64,000 nucleotides of DNA, taken from assembly GCA_963708295.1 (NCBI GenBank), contig CAVPSJ010000004.1, forward strand, positions 736,001 to 800,000. The letters run 5' to 3'. The notes under the pieces are model-generated. The model made no database searches and had not been told where the DNA came from. It worked only from the letters and a program-made list of their open reading frames with translations. A program made the position numbers and the translations under genes. Below are positions 43,222 to 52,406 of the stretch, one piece after another (within the stretch, counting starts at the first letter, position 1; each line of letters begins with the position of its first letter). The DNA comes from an uncultured delta proteobacterium. Lineage in GTDB: Bacteria > Desulfobacterota > BSN033 > UBA1163.

Positions 43222-44775
43222 CTACTTCTTTTGTGGAAACAGGAGGTTGAGGGTTTTCTCTGAAGGCGGTTTCGTCATAAAACTGACGACGAAGTAGATT
43301 ACTCCACAGCCTATCACGAGAATCCACTCCATTGTCCCCATTCCGATCGTCTTCTTGAAAAGGACTGCATATCCGCCGTAAAGGGTCATCGCCGTTCCGT
43401 AGATGACGGTACAGACTGCGCCCCATTTGGTGGCGCCTTTCCAGTAGTAGGAAATTGCGGTGACGAAGAAGAAGACAGCTCCGAGTCCCATCGCTGCCAT
43501 GCCCATGAAGATTGAGAGCAGGGGGGGCGGACTCACCAAGGTCCAGTAGAAGGGAAGGAAGAGGAAGAGGGCGATCAGGAAGTAACCCAGCATCAGCATG
43601 CTCTGGTCCGTTACCTTCGGGACCCAGAGTTTAATGACATCCCGAGTGATATTGGCGCTCATGATGAAGACCATTCCTGCCAGGGTTGACAGGGCTGCCG
43701 AGAAAAGGCCTGCCGTGTATAAGGCGAGCATCGGTGATCCACCCAAGGCATGAGCAAGCATCGGTGCAGCAAGGTCTCCTCCCCAGGGTTTGATCTTAAG
43801 AAGCTGGTCGCCGTAGAGCATCCTGGCCACCAGCCCGTTGCTCGAACAGTCGAGCATGATAGGAATGCCTGTAAACAACCAGACAATCGCAACCATCCAG
43901 AAATAATCCTTCTTGGTCATCTTCCTCATCCCGAGAAACCGGCTGACGTTGTGAGGAAAGCCGACCGCCATGGTGAAGAAAATGACAGGGGTCGCAAATA
44001 TACCTACAAGGCTTGACATCAGCTGAGGAGACCCCAGCTTGGGCAGATCCGGCCTGATCAGATCCAACAGCTTCGGATTTTGAGCGACCAATTTGGAAGT
44101 GAGTTCGTAAAACCCACCACTTTGGACGATCGCCACGACCCCAATCAGGGTCCCAACAACGGCAAAAACGAGCCCCTGGAGGGCCATGGCATACTGGTTT
44201 CCGACATATCCTCCCATCGCCATATAGAGCCATGCGATGAAGATGGAGAGTAATAGGCACCAGAGGGGTGAGAGTCCGGTCAGCGCATACCAAACGCCCG
44301 CTCCAGCCTTCAGTTGGCCAACGGAATACATAAACAGGAAGAAAAGCATGGAAATGGCGATGACGGTCTGGAGCATTTTGGACTCAAATCGCTTGCCGAT
44401 CGTTTCGGGAACAGTGGTTGCCCCTAGCTTTACCGAAAATTCTCTTGTCTTGACCGATGCAAGCCAGATACAGGGGATGATCCCGACAAGACTCCATATC
44501 CCCGCAAACCACATCCCTGAAAAACCGAGGGTATAGACAATCCCCGTGCTCCCGCAGAAAGCCCAGCCGGAAATGTAGGAGGCGGAAAGGGCGGCGCCGG
44601 TGATGAGGGGGCCGATGTCTCTGTGGCCCACGAGATACTCATCAAAGGACTTCCATTTCTTCTTTCCCAAAACGCCGAGGATGGCAGAGAGCAGCAGCAA
44701 GAGCGCAAGGGCGATGACTCCCCAAATAATCATGTCGGCGGTTGGCTTCGGTACAGGTATATATTGTGGACTCAT
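43222..44775 (-). CDS. Sodium:solute symporter (SSS family)
   Basis: DEYLVGHR, ASYISGWAFCG, GFPH..RF, SAALST; many hydrophobic segments; ATG overlaps the upstream stop (ATGA). Confidence 0.93.
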   Translation of the reverse strand: MSPQYIPVPKPTADMIIWGVIALALLLLLSAILGVLGKKKWKSFDEYLVGHRDIGPLITGAALSASYISGWAFCGSTGIVYTLGFSGMWFAGIWSLVGIIPCIWLASVKTREFSVKLGATTVPETIGKRFESKMLQTVIAISMLFFLFMYSVGQLKAGAGVWYALTGLSPLWCLLLSIFIAWLYMAMGGYVGNQYAMALQGLVFAVVGTLIGVVAIVQSGGFYELTSKLVAQNPKLLDLIRPDLPKLGSPQLMSSLVGIFATPVIFFTMAVGFPHNVSRFLGMRKMTKKDYFWMVAIVWLFTGIPIMLDCSSNGLVARMLYGDQLLKIKPWGGDLAAPMLAHALGGSPMLALYTAGLFSAALSTLAGMVFIMSANITRDVIKLWVPKVTDQSMLMLGYFLIALFLFLPFYWTLVSPPPLLSIFMGMAAMGLGAVFFFVTAISYYWKGATKWGAVCTVIYGTAMTLYGGYAVLFKKTIGMGTMEWILVIGCGVIYFVVSFMTKPPSEKTLNLLFPQKK

Positions 44776-44897
44776 TCTTCCCACCTCCTTTTCTTAATGA
44801 TGATCCATGTCCCGATGAAGGTCATGAGAAATGTGAAAACAAATATCGCACCCCACACATACCAGGCAAACATATAAGCGGACACATCCGGTTGCAT
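44772..44897 (-). CDS. 41-aa single-TM small protein, likely symporter partner (absent from ORF track)
   Basis: MQPDVSAYMFAWYVWGAIFVFTFLMTFIGTWIIIKKRRWEE; AAGGAGGT RBS; ATGA coupling to the symporter. Confidence 0.8.
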   Translation of the reverse strand: MQPDVSAYMFAWYVWGAIFVFTFLMTFIGTWIIIKKRRWEE

Positions 44898-44975
44898 AAG
44901 ACACCTCCTTTCATGTTTCATTGTTTTTTCTTTTCCACGCCGAAGTGATTATATGAACCTTCCACCCCCCTTCCG

Positions 44976-45014
44976 AAAAAAAAGCCCGGCACCCTATTCT
45001 ATGAACGCCAGGCT
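44976..45014 (-). terminator. Terminator-like hairpin inside the symporter operon leader
   Basis: AGCCUGGCGUUC-loop-GGGUGCCGGGCU followed by a U-tract on the minus strand. Confidence 0.65.
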
Positions 45015-45142
45015 CTTTCAATCATCTCCACCTCTCCCTCCTCTGAAAAGGTGAAAATCTGAACTGCCAAATGGTGTAAAATAAGAAAAAACTCAATCGA
45101 TAGAGTCTTTTAAAGATCAGGAAGGAATAAACGTTGCGGACC

Positions 45143-45171
45143 ATTAGATACATAAAAATAGTTTTTGTCAA
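45143..45171 (-). promoter_or_regulatory. Candidate sigma70 promoter of the symporter operon
   Basis: TTGACA-N17-TCTAAT on the minus strand. Confidence 0.5.
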
Positions 45172-45395
45172 GAAATTTTTGGGATTTGAGTTAGAAAAGT
45201 GGAGACTCCCCTTATGCGGATCGTTTGGAAAATCCGACGGAAGTGTCATTTCGATCAAAGCCCTCCCGTGTTCCCCCTTGTTTCGCCATCCCCTGAGGAA
45301 CTACTGAAAGGGTTCTTTTAGGTTGAAAAAGATAGAGAAATATTGCACTGGGTATCCGGATTTGCTATAAACTCTTTCAGGAAGGAGGATTTATT

Positions 45396-46979
45396 ATGAG
45401 GAGCCCGCATGCACATATAGGAGAAATACTGGCAAGAAACGCGCGGTTGTATCCGGACGATGTGGCTCTCGTTGAGAGAACACCCGGCGAGAAGAAGAGG
45501 AGTGAAATCACCTGGAAGCAGTTTGATGATCAGGTGAATCGTTTTGCCAATGTTCTGATTCACAAAGGGATAAAAAAAGGAGACAAGGTGGTTCATCTCA
45601 TGATGAACTCCATTGACTGGCTGATTGCCTATTTCGGAATCATCCGCACGGGTGCGTGGGCGGTTCCCCTGAACTTTCGTTTCACAGGCACGGAGATCGA
45701 ATACTGCAGTAGCGTTGCGGAACCCAAATGCTTTGTGTTCAGTCAGGAATTTATCGATCGAATCGATGGAATCAGGAGTGATCTTTCGACCGTCAAAGAT
45801 TTCATCGCGGTGGGGAAAGAAATTCCAAAGTATGCAGAGTCCTTTGAAACATTGCTTGAAAAAGCCTCTGCCCAACCTTCCAACATTGAAATCACTTATG
45901 ATGACCCCTGCGGTCTCTATTTTACGTCGGGAACGACGGGGCAACCTAAGCCCATCCTGTTGACCCACGGGAACATGGTCTCAGCTTGCATCACAGAGAA
46001 TGCCCATCACCATCAGACGAGGGAAGACAATTTCATCCTGATCCCTCCGCTGTATCATACCGGTGCAAAGATGCACTGGTTTGGAAGCTTCATCGTGGGA
46101 GGACGGGCTGTCATTCTGAAGGGGGTTACACCAGAATGGATTCTCGAGGCCATCAGCGAAGAAAAAGGGACAGTCATCTTTCTTCTGGTTCCCTGGGCAA
46201 ACGATATCCTTTTAAAAATCGATAGCGGCGAGATTAAACTGAAGGATTACAATATCAAACAGTGGAGACTCATGCACATCGGCGCTCAACCGGTACCTCC
46301 CTCTCTGGTCAGGCATTGGAAAGAGCGCTTTCCAGAGATGTCTTATGATACGAACTACGGCTTAAGCGAATCGACCGGACCGGGTTGTGTTCATCTTGGA
46401 ATAGAGAACGAGCATAAGGTAGGGGCCATCGGGCTTCCCGGTTTCAACTGGGAGACGAACATTGTGAACGAGGACGGGGACCCCGTTAAAAAGGGAGAGG
46501 TCGGAGAGCTGGTCGTTCGTGGTGACGGCGTGATGAGGGAGTATTATAAAAACCCCGAAGCCACGGCCAGGGCGTTAAGAAACGGGTGGCTCTTCACGGG
46601 AGATATGGCAAAGCAGGACGAAGATGGTTTTATCTATCTGGTTGATCGGAAGAAAGACCTGATCATCAGCGGAGGGGAGAATGTTTTCCCGGTGGAGGTA
46701 GAGGATTTCCTTCACACCCATCCGAGCATCAAAGATGTTGCCGCCATCGGTTGTCCTGATGAACGTTTAGGTGAAACAGTAGCCGTCATTATAGAAGTCA
46801 AGCCGGGAAAGTCACTGACCGAGGAAGAGGTCATAAAATTCTGCGAACAATTGGCCAAATACAAACGTCCTAAGAAGATTTTCTTTGACGTGGTTCCCCG
46901 AAACCCTACGGGAAAAATAGAAAAGCCAAAGCTGAGGAAAAGGTACGCGGGGATGGAAGAATCCTTTAAGGTTGGTTAG
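45396..46979 (+). CDS. Acyl-CoA synthetase (class I adenylate-forming enzyme)
   Basis: FTSGTTGQPK, PLYH, NYGLSE, GWLFTGD, DRKKDLIISGGEN, PRNPTGK. Confidence 0.95.
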   Translation: MRSPHAHIGEILARNARLYPDDVALVERTPGEKKRSEITWKQFDDQVNRFANVLIHKGIKKGDKVVHLMMNSIDWLIAYFGIIRTGAWAVPLNFRFTGTEIEYCSSVAEPKCFVFSQEFIDRIDGIRSDLSTVKDFIAVGKEIPKYAESFETLLEKASAQPSNIEITYDDPCGLYFTSGTTGQPKPILLTHGNMVSACITENAHHHQTREDNFILIPPLYHTGAKMHWFGSFIVGGRAVILKGVTPEWILEAISEEKGTVIFLLVPWANDILLKIDSGEIKLKDYNIKQWRLMHIGAQPVPPSLVRHWKERFPEMSYDTNYGLSESTGPGCVHLGIENEHKVGAIGLPGFNWETNIVNEDGDPVKKGEVGELVVRGDGVMREYYKNPEATARALRNGWLFTGDMAKQDEDGFIYLVDRKKDLIISGGENVFPVEVEDFLHTHPSIKDVAAIGCPDERLGETVAVIIEVKPGKSLTEEEVIKFCEQLAKYKRPKKIFFDVVPRNPTGKIEKPKLRKRYAGMEESFKVG

Positions 46980-47025
46980 CCTCCCTTCTGCACCCGGACC
47001 TGACGCTCGTGCAAAAGAAACCGAC

Positions 47026-48531
47026 TCAGGGGGACTCCTCCAGAGTAGAAAGTTTCTTTCGCTGGGTGATGATGGGGACGACCAAAAGCAGTACGGCGAC
47101 AATCAGGAAACCCAGCGTAATGGGCCGGGTGACGAAAATAGAAAAATCCCCGCGAGACAACATCAATGACTGTCGAAGGGAAGATTCGAGTTCTCCTCCG
47201 AGGACCAATGCCAGAATTAACGGAGGGGCGTCATAGCGGAACTTTCTCATCAGGTATCCTACGATCCCAAAAATCAGCATGATAATCACATCCGCGGTGT
47301 TATTCCCAATGCTGTAAGCTCCGATCATACAGAATAGAAGTATCAGGGGATAGAGAAGGTAGTAAGGGACTCTGAGAACCATCACCCACAGAGGGATGAG
47401 AGGGAGGTTGAGAACCAGAAGCATCCCATTGCCGATATACATACTCACGATAGTCCCCCAGAAAATATCCGGAGCTCTTGTCATGAGGAGCGGTCCCGGC
47501 TGCAATCCATGAATCATCAAAGCCCCCAGGAAAATAGCCATGATCGCATTGGATGGGATTCCAAGGGTAAGAAGGGGGATGAAGGAAGCGCCGGCCGCGG
47601 CATTGTTTGCTGCCTCAGGGCCTGCCACTCCTTGAATGGCCCCTTTTCCGAATTCCTCAGGATGTTTGGACACCTTCTTCTCAATCGCATAGGAGGCAAA
47701 AGATGCGACAATGGCTCCACCTCCGGGAATGATGCCAAGGAAGAAGCCCAGGACACTGCCCCGAATGATGGGCCAAAAGGAGGTGGCCCAGTCTTTGAGG
47801 TTTGGGAGGAGATTCTTAATCTTATCTGTTAGGATCTGTCGCTTGATTTCAGTTTCGAGGTTCTCGATCACTTCCGCGATACCGAAGAGGCCCATAACCA
47901 CGGGGACGAGCCCTACGCCGTCCAATAGCGCCTGGACGTTGAATGTAAACCGGTATTTTCCGCTGATCGAATCCATTCCGGCCCCGCCGAGGGTCAACCC
48001 CACTGCGGCCATCATCAGGGCCTTGAGCATGGATCCGCTGCTCAGGAAGGTCAGGACCATAATCCCTACGAGCATCAGAGCGAAAAATTCCGGCGGTCCG
48101 AAACGAAGCGCAATGCCAGCCAGAAGAGGCCCGACAAATGTCAGGGCAATGACGGCTAATGTCCCGGCGATGAAGGAACCGAAAGCTGCAATCCCCAGAG
48201 CTGGGCCCGCCCTTCCTTTCAATGCCATCTGGTGGCCATCGATACAGGTCACGACGGAGGCTGCCTCGCCAGGAATATTGACTAAGATGGAGGTTGTCGA
48301 CCCTCCGTACATGGCTCCGTAATAGATCCCCGCCAGCATGATCACGCCTGAAACCGGGGTCGACTTGAAAGTCGTGGGAAGAAGCAGGGCAATCGCAGCC
48401 GCTGGTCCGAGACCCGGCAGAACGCCCACTAACGTGCCGATCAGCACTCCGAAGAAGCAGTAGACCAAATTGAGGGGCTGAAGTGCCACCTGAAATCCGT
48501 AGAGCACACTCTGAAGGATATCCATATCCAT
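47026..48531 (-). CDS. tctA: Tripartite tricarboxylate transporter large permease TctA
   Basis: GVLPGLG, GAMYGGS, NIPGE, PEAANNA, LTLGIP, HGLQPGP. Confidence 0.96.
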   Translation of the reverse strand: MDMDILQSVLYGFQVALQPLNLVYCFFGVLIGTLVGVLPGLGPAAAIALLLPTTFKSTPVSGVIMLAGIYYGAMYGGSTTSILVNIPGEAASVVTCIDGHQMALKGRAGPALGIAAFGSFIAGTLAVIALTFVGPLLAGIALRFGPPEFFALMLVGIMVLTFLSSGSMLKALMMAAVGLTLGGAGMDSISGKYRFTFNVQALLDGVGLVPVVMGLFGIAEVIENLETEIKRQILTDKIKNLLPNLKDWATSFWPIIRGSVLGFFLGIIPGGGAIVASFASYAIEKKVSKHPEEFGKGAIQGVAGPEAANNAAAGASFIPLLTLGIPSNAIMAIFLGALMIHGLQPGPLLMTRAPDIFWGTIVSMYIGNGMLLVLNLPLIPLWVMVLRVPYYLLYPLILLFCMIGAYSIGNNTADVIIMLIFGIVGYLMRKFRYDAPPLILALVLGGELESSLRQSLMLSRGDFSIFVTRPITLGFLIVAVLLLVVPIITQRKKLSTLEESP

Positions 48532-48549
48532 ACGTTCTACCGACCTTTC

Positions 48550-49017
48550 TTAGAATCTCAAAAACTCCAACAACCCCTTCGGTAGCTGAGACTGGAGCCA
48601 CGTCTCAAAAATCAAATAAGAAATCACCGTCACCAGAATGCTAACAAAGGCAGTATAATACCATTTTCTCTTCTCAATGATCCCCAGGAGAAAAATAAAG
48701 AGCAGCAGTGTAACCGGAATGAAACCAATGGTTTCCATGAGCAGGGCATAGAGGAAAAGGGAGATCAAGACAAAAATGATCTTTGAAACATTTTGAGTGC
48801 CGAAGATGGCGGGTTGAGGTATCTCTCCCTTCTTGCCTACCCATGCCCTAATAAGGACGACCAGAGACATGATTCCCAGGACGATGTTAACCCAGAAGAA
48901 GAGGAAACCCGGGCCGGGTTTGTGCAAAGTTCCTAACCCCAGGTGGTACGATTGAATAATGAATAGGACTGCGAAGCACAACCAGAAGATTCCACTGATC
49001 CGATCCGCTTTGCCCAT
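48550..49017 (-). CDS. tctB: Tripartite tricarboxylate transporter small permease TctB
   Basis: PGPGF motif, 4-5 hydrophobic segments, LP.G C-terminus; adjacent to tctA. Confidence 0.9.
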   Translation of the reverse strand: MGKADRISGIFWLCFAVLFIIQSYHLGLGTLHKPGPGFLFFWVNIVLGIMSLVVLIRAWVGKKGEIPQPAIFGTQNVSKIIFVLISLFLYALLMETIGFIPVTLLLFIFLLGIIEKRKWYYTAFVSILVTVISYLIFETWLQSQLPKGLLEFLRF

Positions 49018-49037
49018 CCGAAACCCTCCCTCGGTAT

Positions 49038-49197
49038 CTAGCAGGCTGCTGAAAAACGCCCATCTGCTTTGTTTCCCTCATCCTTCGTCATTGCGACGTA
49101 CCTCCAAGTACGCCTCATTCCTCAGGATTTCTGGAGCCTTGCATCTGGGCATTTTTGAGCAGCCTGAGATAAAATCGCTTTTTCAGCAACATGCTAG
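49038..49197. mobile_element. MITE-like element, 160 bp
   Basis: 19-bp terminal inverted repeats CTAGCAGGCTGCTGAAAAA / TTTTTCAGCAACATGCTAG (2 mismatches); internal third copy at 49151-49166; no credible coding region. Confidence 0.7.
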
Positions 49198-49221
49198 TAT
49201 CTTTTCAATCGCCTCTATTAT

Positions 49222-50196
49222 TTATTTCCGCAGGCCCATTTTAGTGGCTAAGGCATTGGCGATTTCATACTCTTCCTTTTTCAGTCTACTCAATTCCGCC
49301 GGAGACTTATAATCAACTACGTAACCCATTTTGTCAACCTTCGCTTTTAATTCCGGATTCTTGACTGCCTTTTCGATGGCTGTGACCAGAGTTTTCTTAA
49401 CATCCTCCGGCAATCCGGAAGGACCGTAAAAAGCAAACCACGTAGAAAGAAGCCCCTGTTTGTACCCTAGTTCGGCCGCCGTGGGAATACTGGGATAGCC
49501 AGACATCTTCTTGCTGACCAGAAGGATCCTTAGCTTTCCTGAATCGACATGAGGGATGATTTTACCGAAGGCGTCGAAGGTGACTTCGACATGTCCTCCT
49601 AACAGGGCAGTAATGACAGATTCCCCTCCTTTGAAGGGAATCATCGTGAACTGCGCGCCGGTCATCGCCTGCATCACTTCGAGGTTGAAATGATCAATCG
49701 CTCCCACCCCGATGGTGCTGACGCGGAGTTTTCCCGGATTTTTCTTGGCATAGTCGATCAATTCATCAAAAGTTTTCCAAGGGGAACTTGCCTGAACCGC
49801 AGCAGTTAATGGCACGAACAGATGCAAACCTAAAGGCTCCAAATCCATGTCCGGGTCGTAAGGAAACGTCTCCGGATGAGTGATTCGGGTATAGATGAGA
49901 CCGGAGGCGCTGATATAACCGAGGGTATAACCATCCTTCTTGCTCTTGGTGACAAAATCGGTCCCGAAAATCGATGCACCTCCGGGTTTCGTTACGACGA
50001 CAATTTGGGTGCCAAGGAGCTTTCCCAAGTCATCGGATAACACTCTGGCATTGATATCCATGATCGAACCCGGGACATTGGGAATGATCAGCTGAATGGG
50101 ACGACTGGGATAAGATTGTCCAAGGGATGTTGAAACTCCGGGACCTAATCCGTACACGATCACCAGGAGACCAACTAAACAAATTGACCGCTTCAT
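49222..50196 (-). CDS. tctC: TctC/Bug substrate-binding protein (copy 3)
   Basis: Signal peptide, YPSRPIQLIIP, KPGG, DGYTL, PFKGG..ALLGGHV. Confidence 0.92.
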   Translation of the reverse strand: MKRSICLVGLLVIVYGLGPGVSTSLGQSYPSRPIQLIIPNVPGSIMDINARVLSDDLGKLLGTQIVVVTKPGGASIFGTDFVTKSKKDGYTLGYISASGLIYTRITHPETFPYDPDMDLEPLGLHLFVPLTAAVQASSPWKTFDELIDYAKKNPGKLRVSTIGVGAIDHFNLEVMQAMTGAQFTMIPFKGGESVITALLGGHVEVTFDAFGKIIPHVDSGKLRILLVSKKMSGYPSIPTAAELGYKQGLLSTWFAFYGPSGLPEDVKKTLVTAIEKAVKNPELKAKVDKMGYVVDYKSPAELSRLKKEEYEIANALATKMGLRK

Positions 50197-50249
50197 GATT
50201 TTTCTCCTTTAATTGGGTTCAACCCATTTGGAAGCCGATCTCATCCAAC

Positions 50250-51227
50250 TCACTTGCTACGCAGTCCAACCTTAATAGCGATTGCAACCGCTTTCTCATA
50301 CTCATCCGCTGCAAGCTTCTTCTGCTCCGCGGGGGGTTTGTATTGAACCACAAAATCCATCTTCTCAACTTTTGCCTTTAGCTCCGGGTTCTTCACTGCC
50401 TTCTCAACGGCAGGGATGAGCACATTTTTCACTTCCTCCGGTAGTCCGGCGGGTCCATACATTCCAAACCAGGAAGTGAAGAGTTCCTGCTTATAACCTA
50501 ATTCGGTGAGGGTCGGGATATTGGGTAAGTCCGGAACTTTACTCGTCGAAAGAAGAATCCTCATCTTCCCGGATTCGACATGAGGTTTGATCTTACTGAC
50601 CGCATCAAAGGTCATCTCGACATGCCCTCCCAGCAGGGCGGTGATCACGGATTCTCCTCCTTTGAAAGGAATGTGTGTGAATTGGGCTCCGGTCAAGGAT
50701 TGGATGATCTCCAAATTGAAATGGGAGGTAGACCCTGTGCCGGTGGTGCTCACACGAAGCTTATTGGGATTCTTCTTGGCAAAGTCCAGTAACTCCCCAA
50801 AATTCTTCCATGGAGCGCTTGCCTGCACGGCGATTGCATTCGGAAAGAAGAGGTGAAGTCCTAGGGGATCTAAATCTTTATCCGGATCGTACGGAACGGT
50901 CTCGGGATTCAAAACTCGCGTGAAGACAATGGCCGCAGAGTTTGTATAAGCAAGTGTATAACCATCCTTTTTGCTCCGGGCCACAAAATCAGTCCCCAGA
51001 GTAAATCCTGCTCCCGGTTTGACCACGGGCACAAGTTGCGCCCCGAGGATTTTCCCCAGTTCATCGCCCGTGAGTCGACCGGCAATATCCAGGATGGACC
51101 CCGCCGCGCCGGGAATGATCAACTGAATGGGACGATTCGGGTACGGCTGGGCGAACGTAGTGGCAGCTCCCAGAATGAATCCGAACGCCACGAGCAAGAA
51201 ACCAACAAAAAAAATGGGTCGCTTCAT
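50250..51227 (-). CDS. tctC: TctC/Bug substrate-binding protein (copy 2)
   Basis: YPNRPIQLIIP, KPGAG, DGYTL, HIPFKGG; start chosen by RBS spacing. Confidence 0.92.
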   Translation of the reverse strand: MKRPIFFVGFLLVAFGFILGAATTFAQPYPNRPIQLIIPGAAGSILDIAGRLTGDELGKILGAQLVPVVKPGAGFTLGTDFVARSKKDGYTLAYTNSAAIVFTRVLNPETVPYDPDKDLDPLGLHLFFPNAIAVQASAPWKNFGELLDFAKKNPNKLRVSTTGTGSTSHFNLEIIQSLTGAQFTHIPFKGGESVITALLGGHVEMTFDAVSKIKPHVESGKMRILLSTSKVPDLPNIPTLTELGYKQELFTSWFGMYGPAGLPEEVKNVLIPAVEKAVKNPELKAKVEKMDFVVQYKPPAEQKKLAADEYEKAVAIAIKVGLRSK

Positions 51228-51256
51228 CATTTCCCTCCTTTTCATGAAAATCCAGT

Positions 51257-52234
51257 CTAATCTTTTTTGCGTAAACCTACTTTATCGGCTATTTGAACCG
51301 CTCTTTCGTACTCCTCCGCCACCCTCTTCTTCATCTCCGCAGGAGATTTGTAATCAACAATAAATTTCATCTTCTCAATTTTGGCCTTCGATTCGGGATT
51401 TTTGATCGCCTTTTCGACAGCCGGCACCAAGACCTTTTTCACCTCCTCCGGCAATCCTGAAGGGGCATACATGGCAAACCATGTAGAAACGAGATCTTGC
51501 TTGTAACCCAAGTCGGTGATCGTGGGGACATTGGGGAAGTCGGCCATTTTATACGTCAACAAAAGAATCCTGAGCTTTCCGGATTCGACATGAGGATAGA
51601 TCTTGTTGATTGCATCGTAGGTCATCTCGAGATGTCCTCCCAGGAGAGCGGTGATCACAGATTCTCCACCCTTGAATGGAACGTGGGTGAATTGGGCCCC
51701 GGTCAAGGATTGAATGATCTCTAAGTTGAAATGGGCCGGTGACCCGATCCCGATGGTATCGACTCGAAGCTTCCCGGGGTTCTTTTTGGCATAGTCAAGC
51801 AGTTCGTTAAATGTTTTCCAGGGTGCGTCGGCTCGCACCGCAATGGCCAGTGGCACGAGGAGATGCAAGCCCAAAGGCTCGATATCCTTCTCTGGATCAA
51901 AATGCATCGTATCTGGATTGAGAATCCGGGCATAGACAATCGCATTGCTCGCATAGCCGATGGTATAGCCATCCCTTTTACTCTTTGCCAAAGCATCCGT
52001 ACCCAGGGTTGTTGCCGCCCCCGGTTTGTTGATGGGAACAATCTGCGTACCAAGAATCTTTCCAAGATCCTCTGATAAGATCCTTGAATTAATATCCATG
52101 ATCGAACCCGGAACATTCGGGATGATCAGCTGAATGGGACGACTGGGATAAGGCTGGGCCTGGACCTGATGGATTCCGAGAGGAAGACCCAAGCTGGCCG
52201 CGGACAGAATTGCCACGACGATGAAACGTTTCAT
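51257..52234 (-). CDS. tctC: TctC/Bug substrate-binding protein (copy 1)
   Basis: YPSRPIQLIIP, NKPGA, DGYTI, HVPFKGG. Confidence 0.92.
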   Translation of the reverse strand: MKRFIVVAILSAASLGLPLGIHQVQAQPYPSRPIQLIIPNVPGSIMDINSRILSEDLGKILGTQIVPINKPGAATTLGTDALAKSKRDGYTIGYASNAIVYARILNPDTMHFDPEKDIEPLGLHLLVPLAIAVRADAPWKTFNELLDYAKKNPGKLRVDTIGIGSPAHFNLEIIQSLTGAQFTHVPFKGGESVITALLGGHLEMTYDAINKIYPHVESGKLRILLLTYKMADFPNVPTITDLGYKQDLVSTWFAMYAPSGLPEEVKKVLVPAVEKAIKNPESKAKIEKMKFIVDYKSPAEMKKRVAEEYERAVQIADKVGLRKKD

Positions 52235-52406
52235 ATTCCCTCCTTTTTACACGAAAGGCGGTTGCCATTCTGAGTTTTTAAAGTCTATATCATCTGATTT
52301 ATTTTCTCAAGCCCATTTTGAAGCGCGAAATCGAGGTGCTGTTTCGCCATCCGCCCCGATCTCTTTGGTTCTTGGGAAAGGAGAGACCTATCGTCAACAG
52401 CCTATC

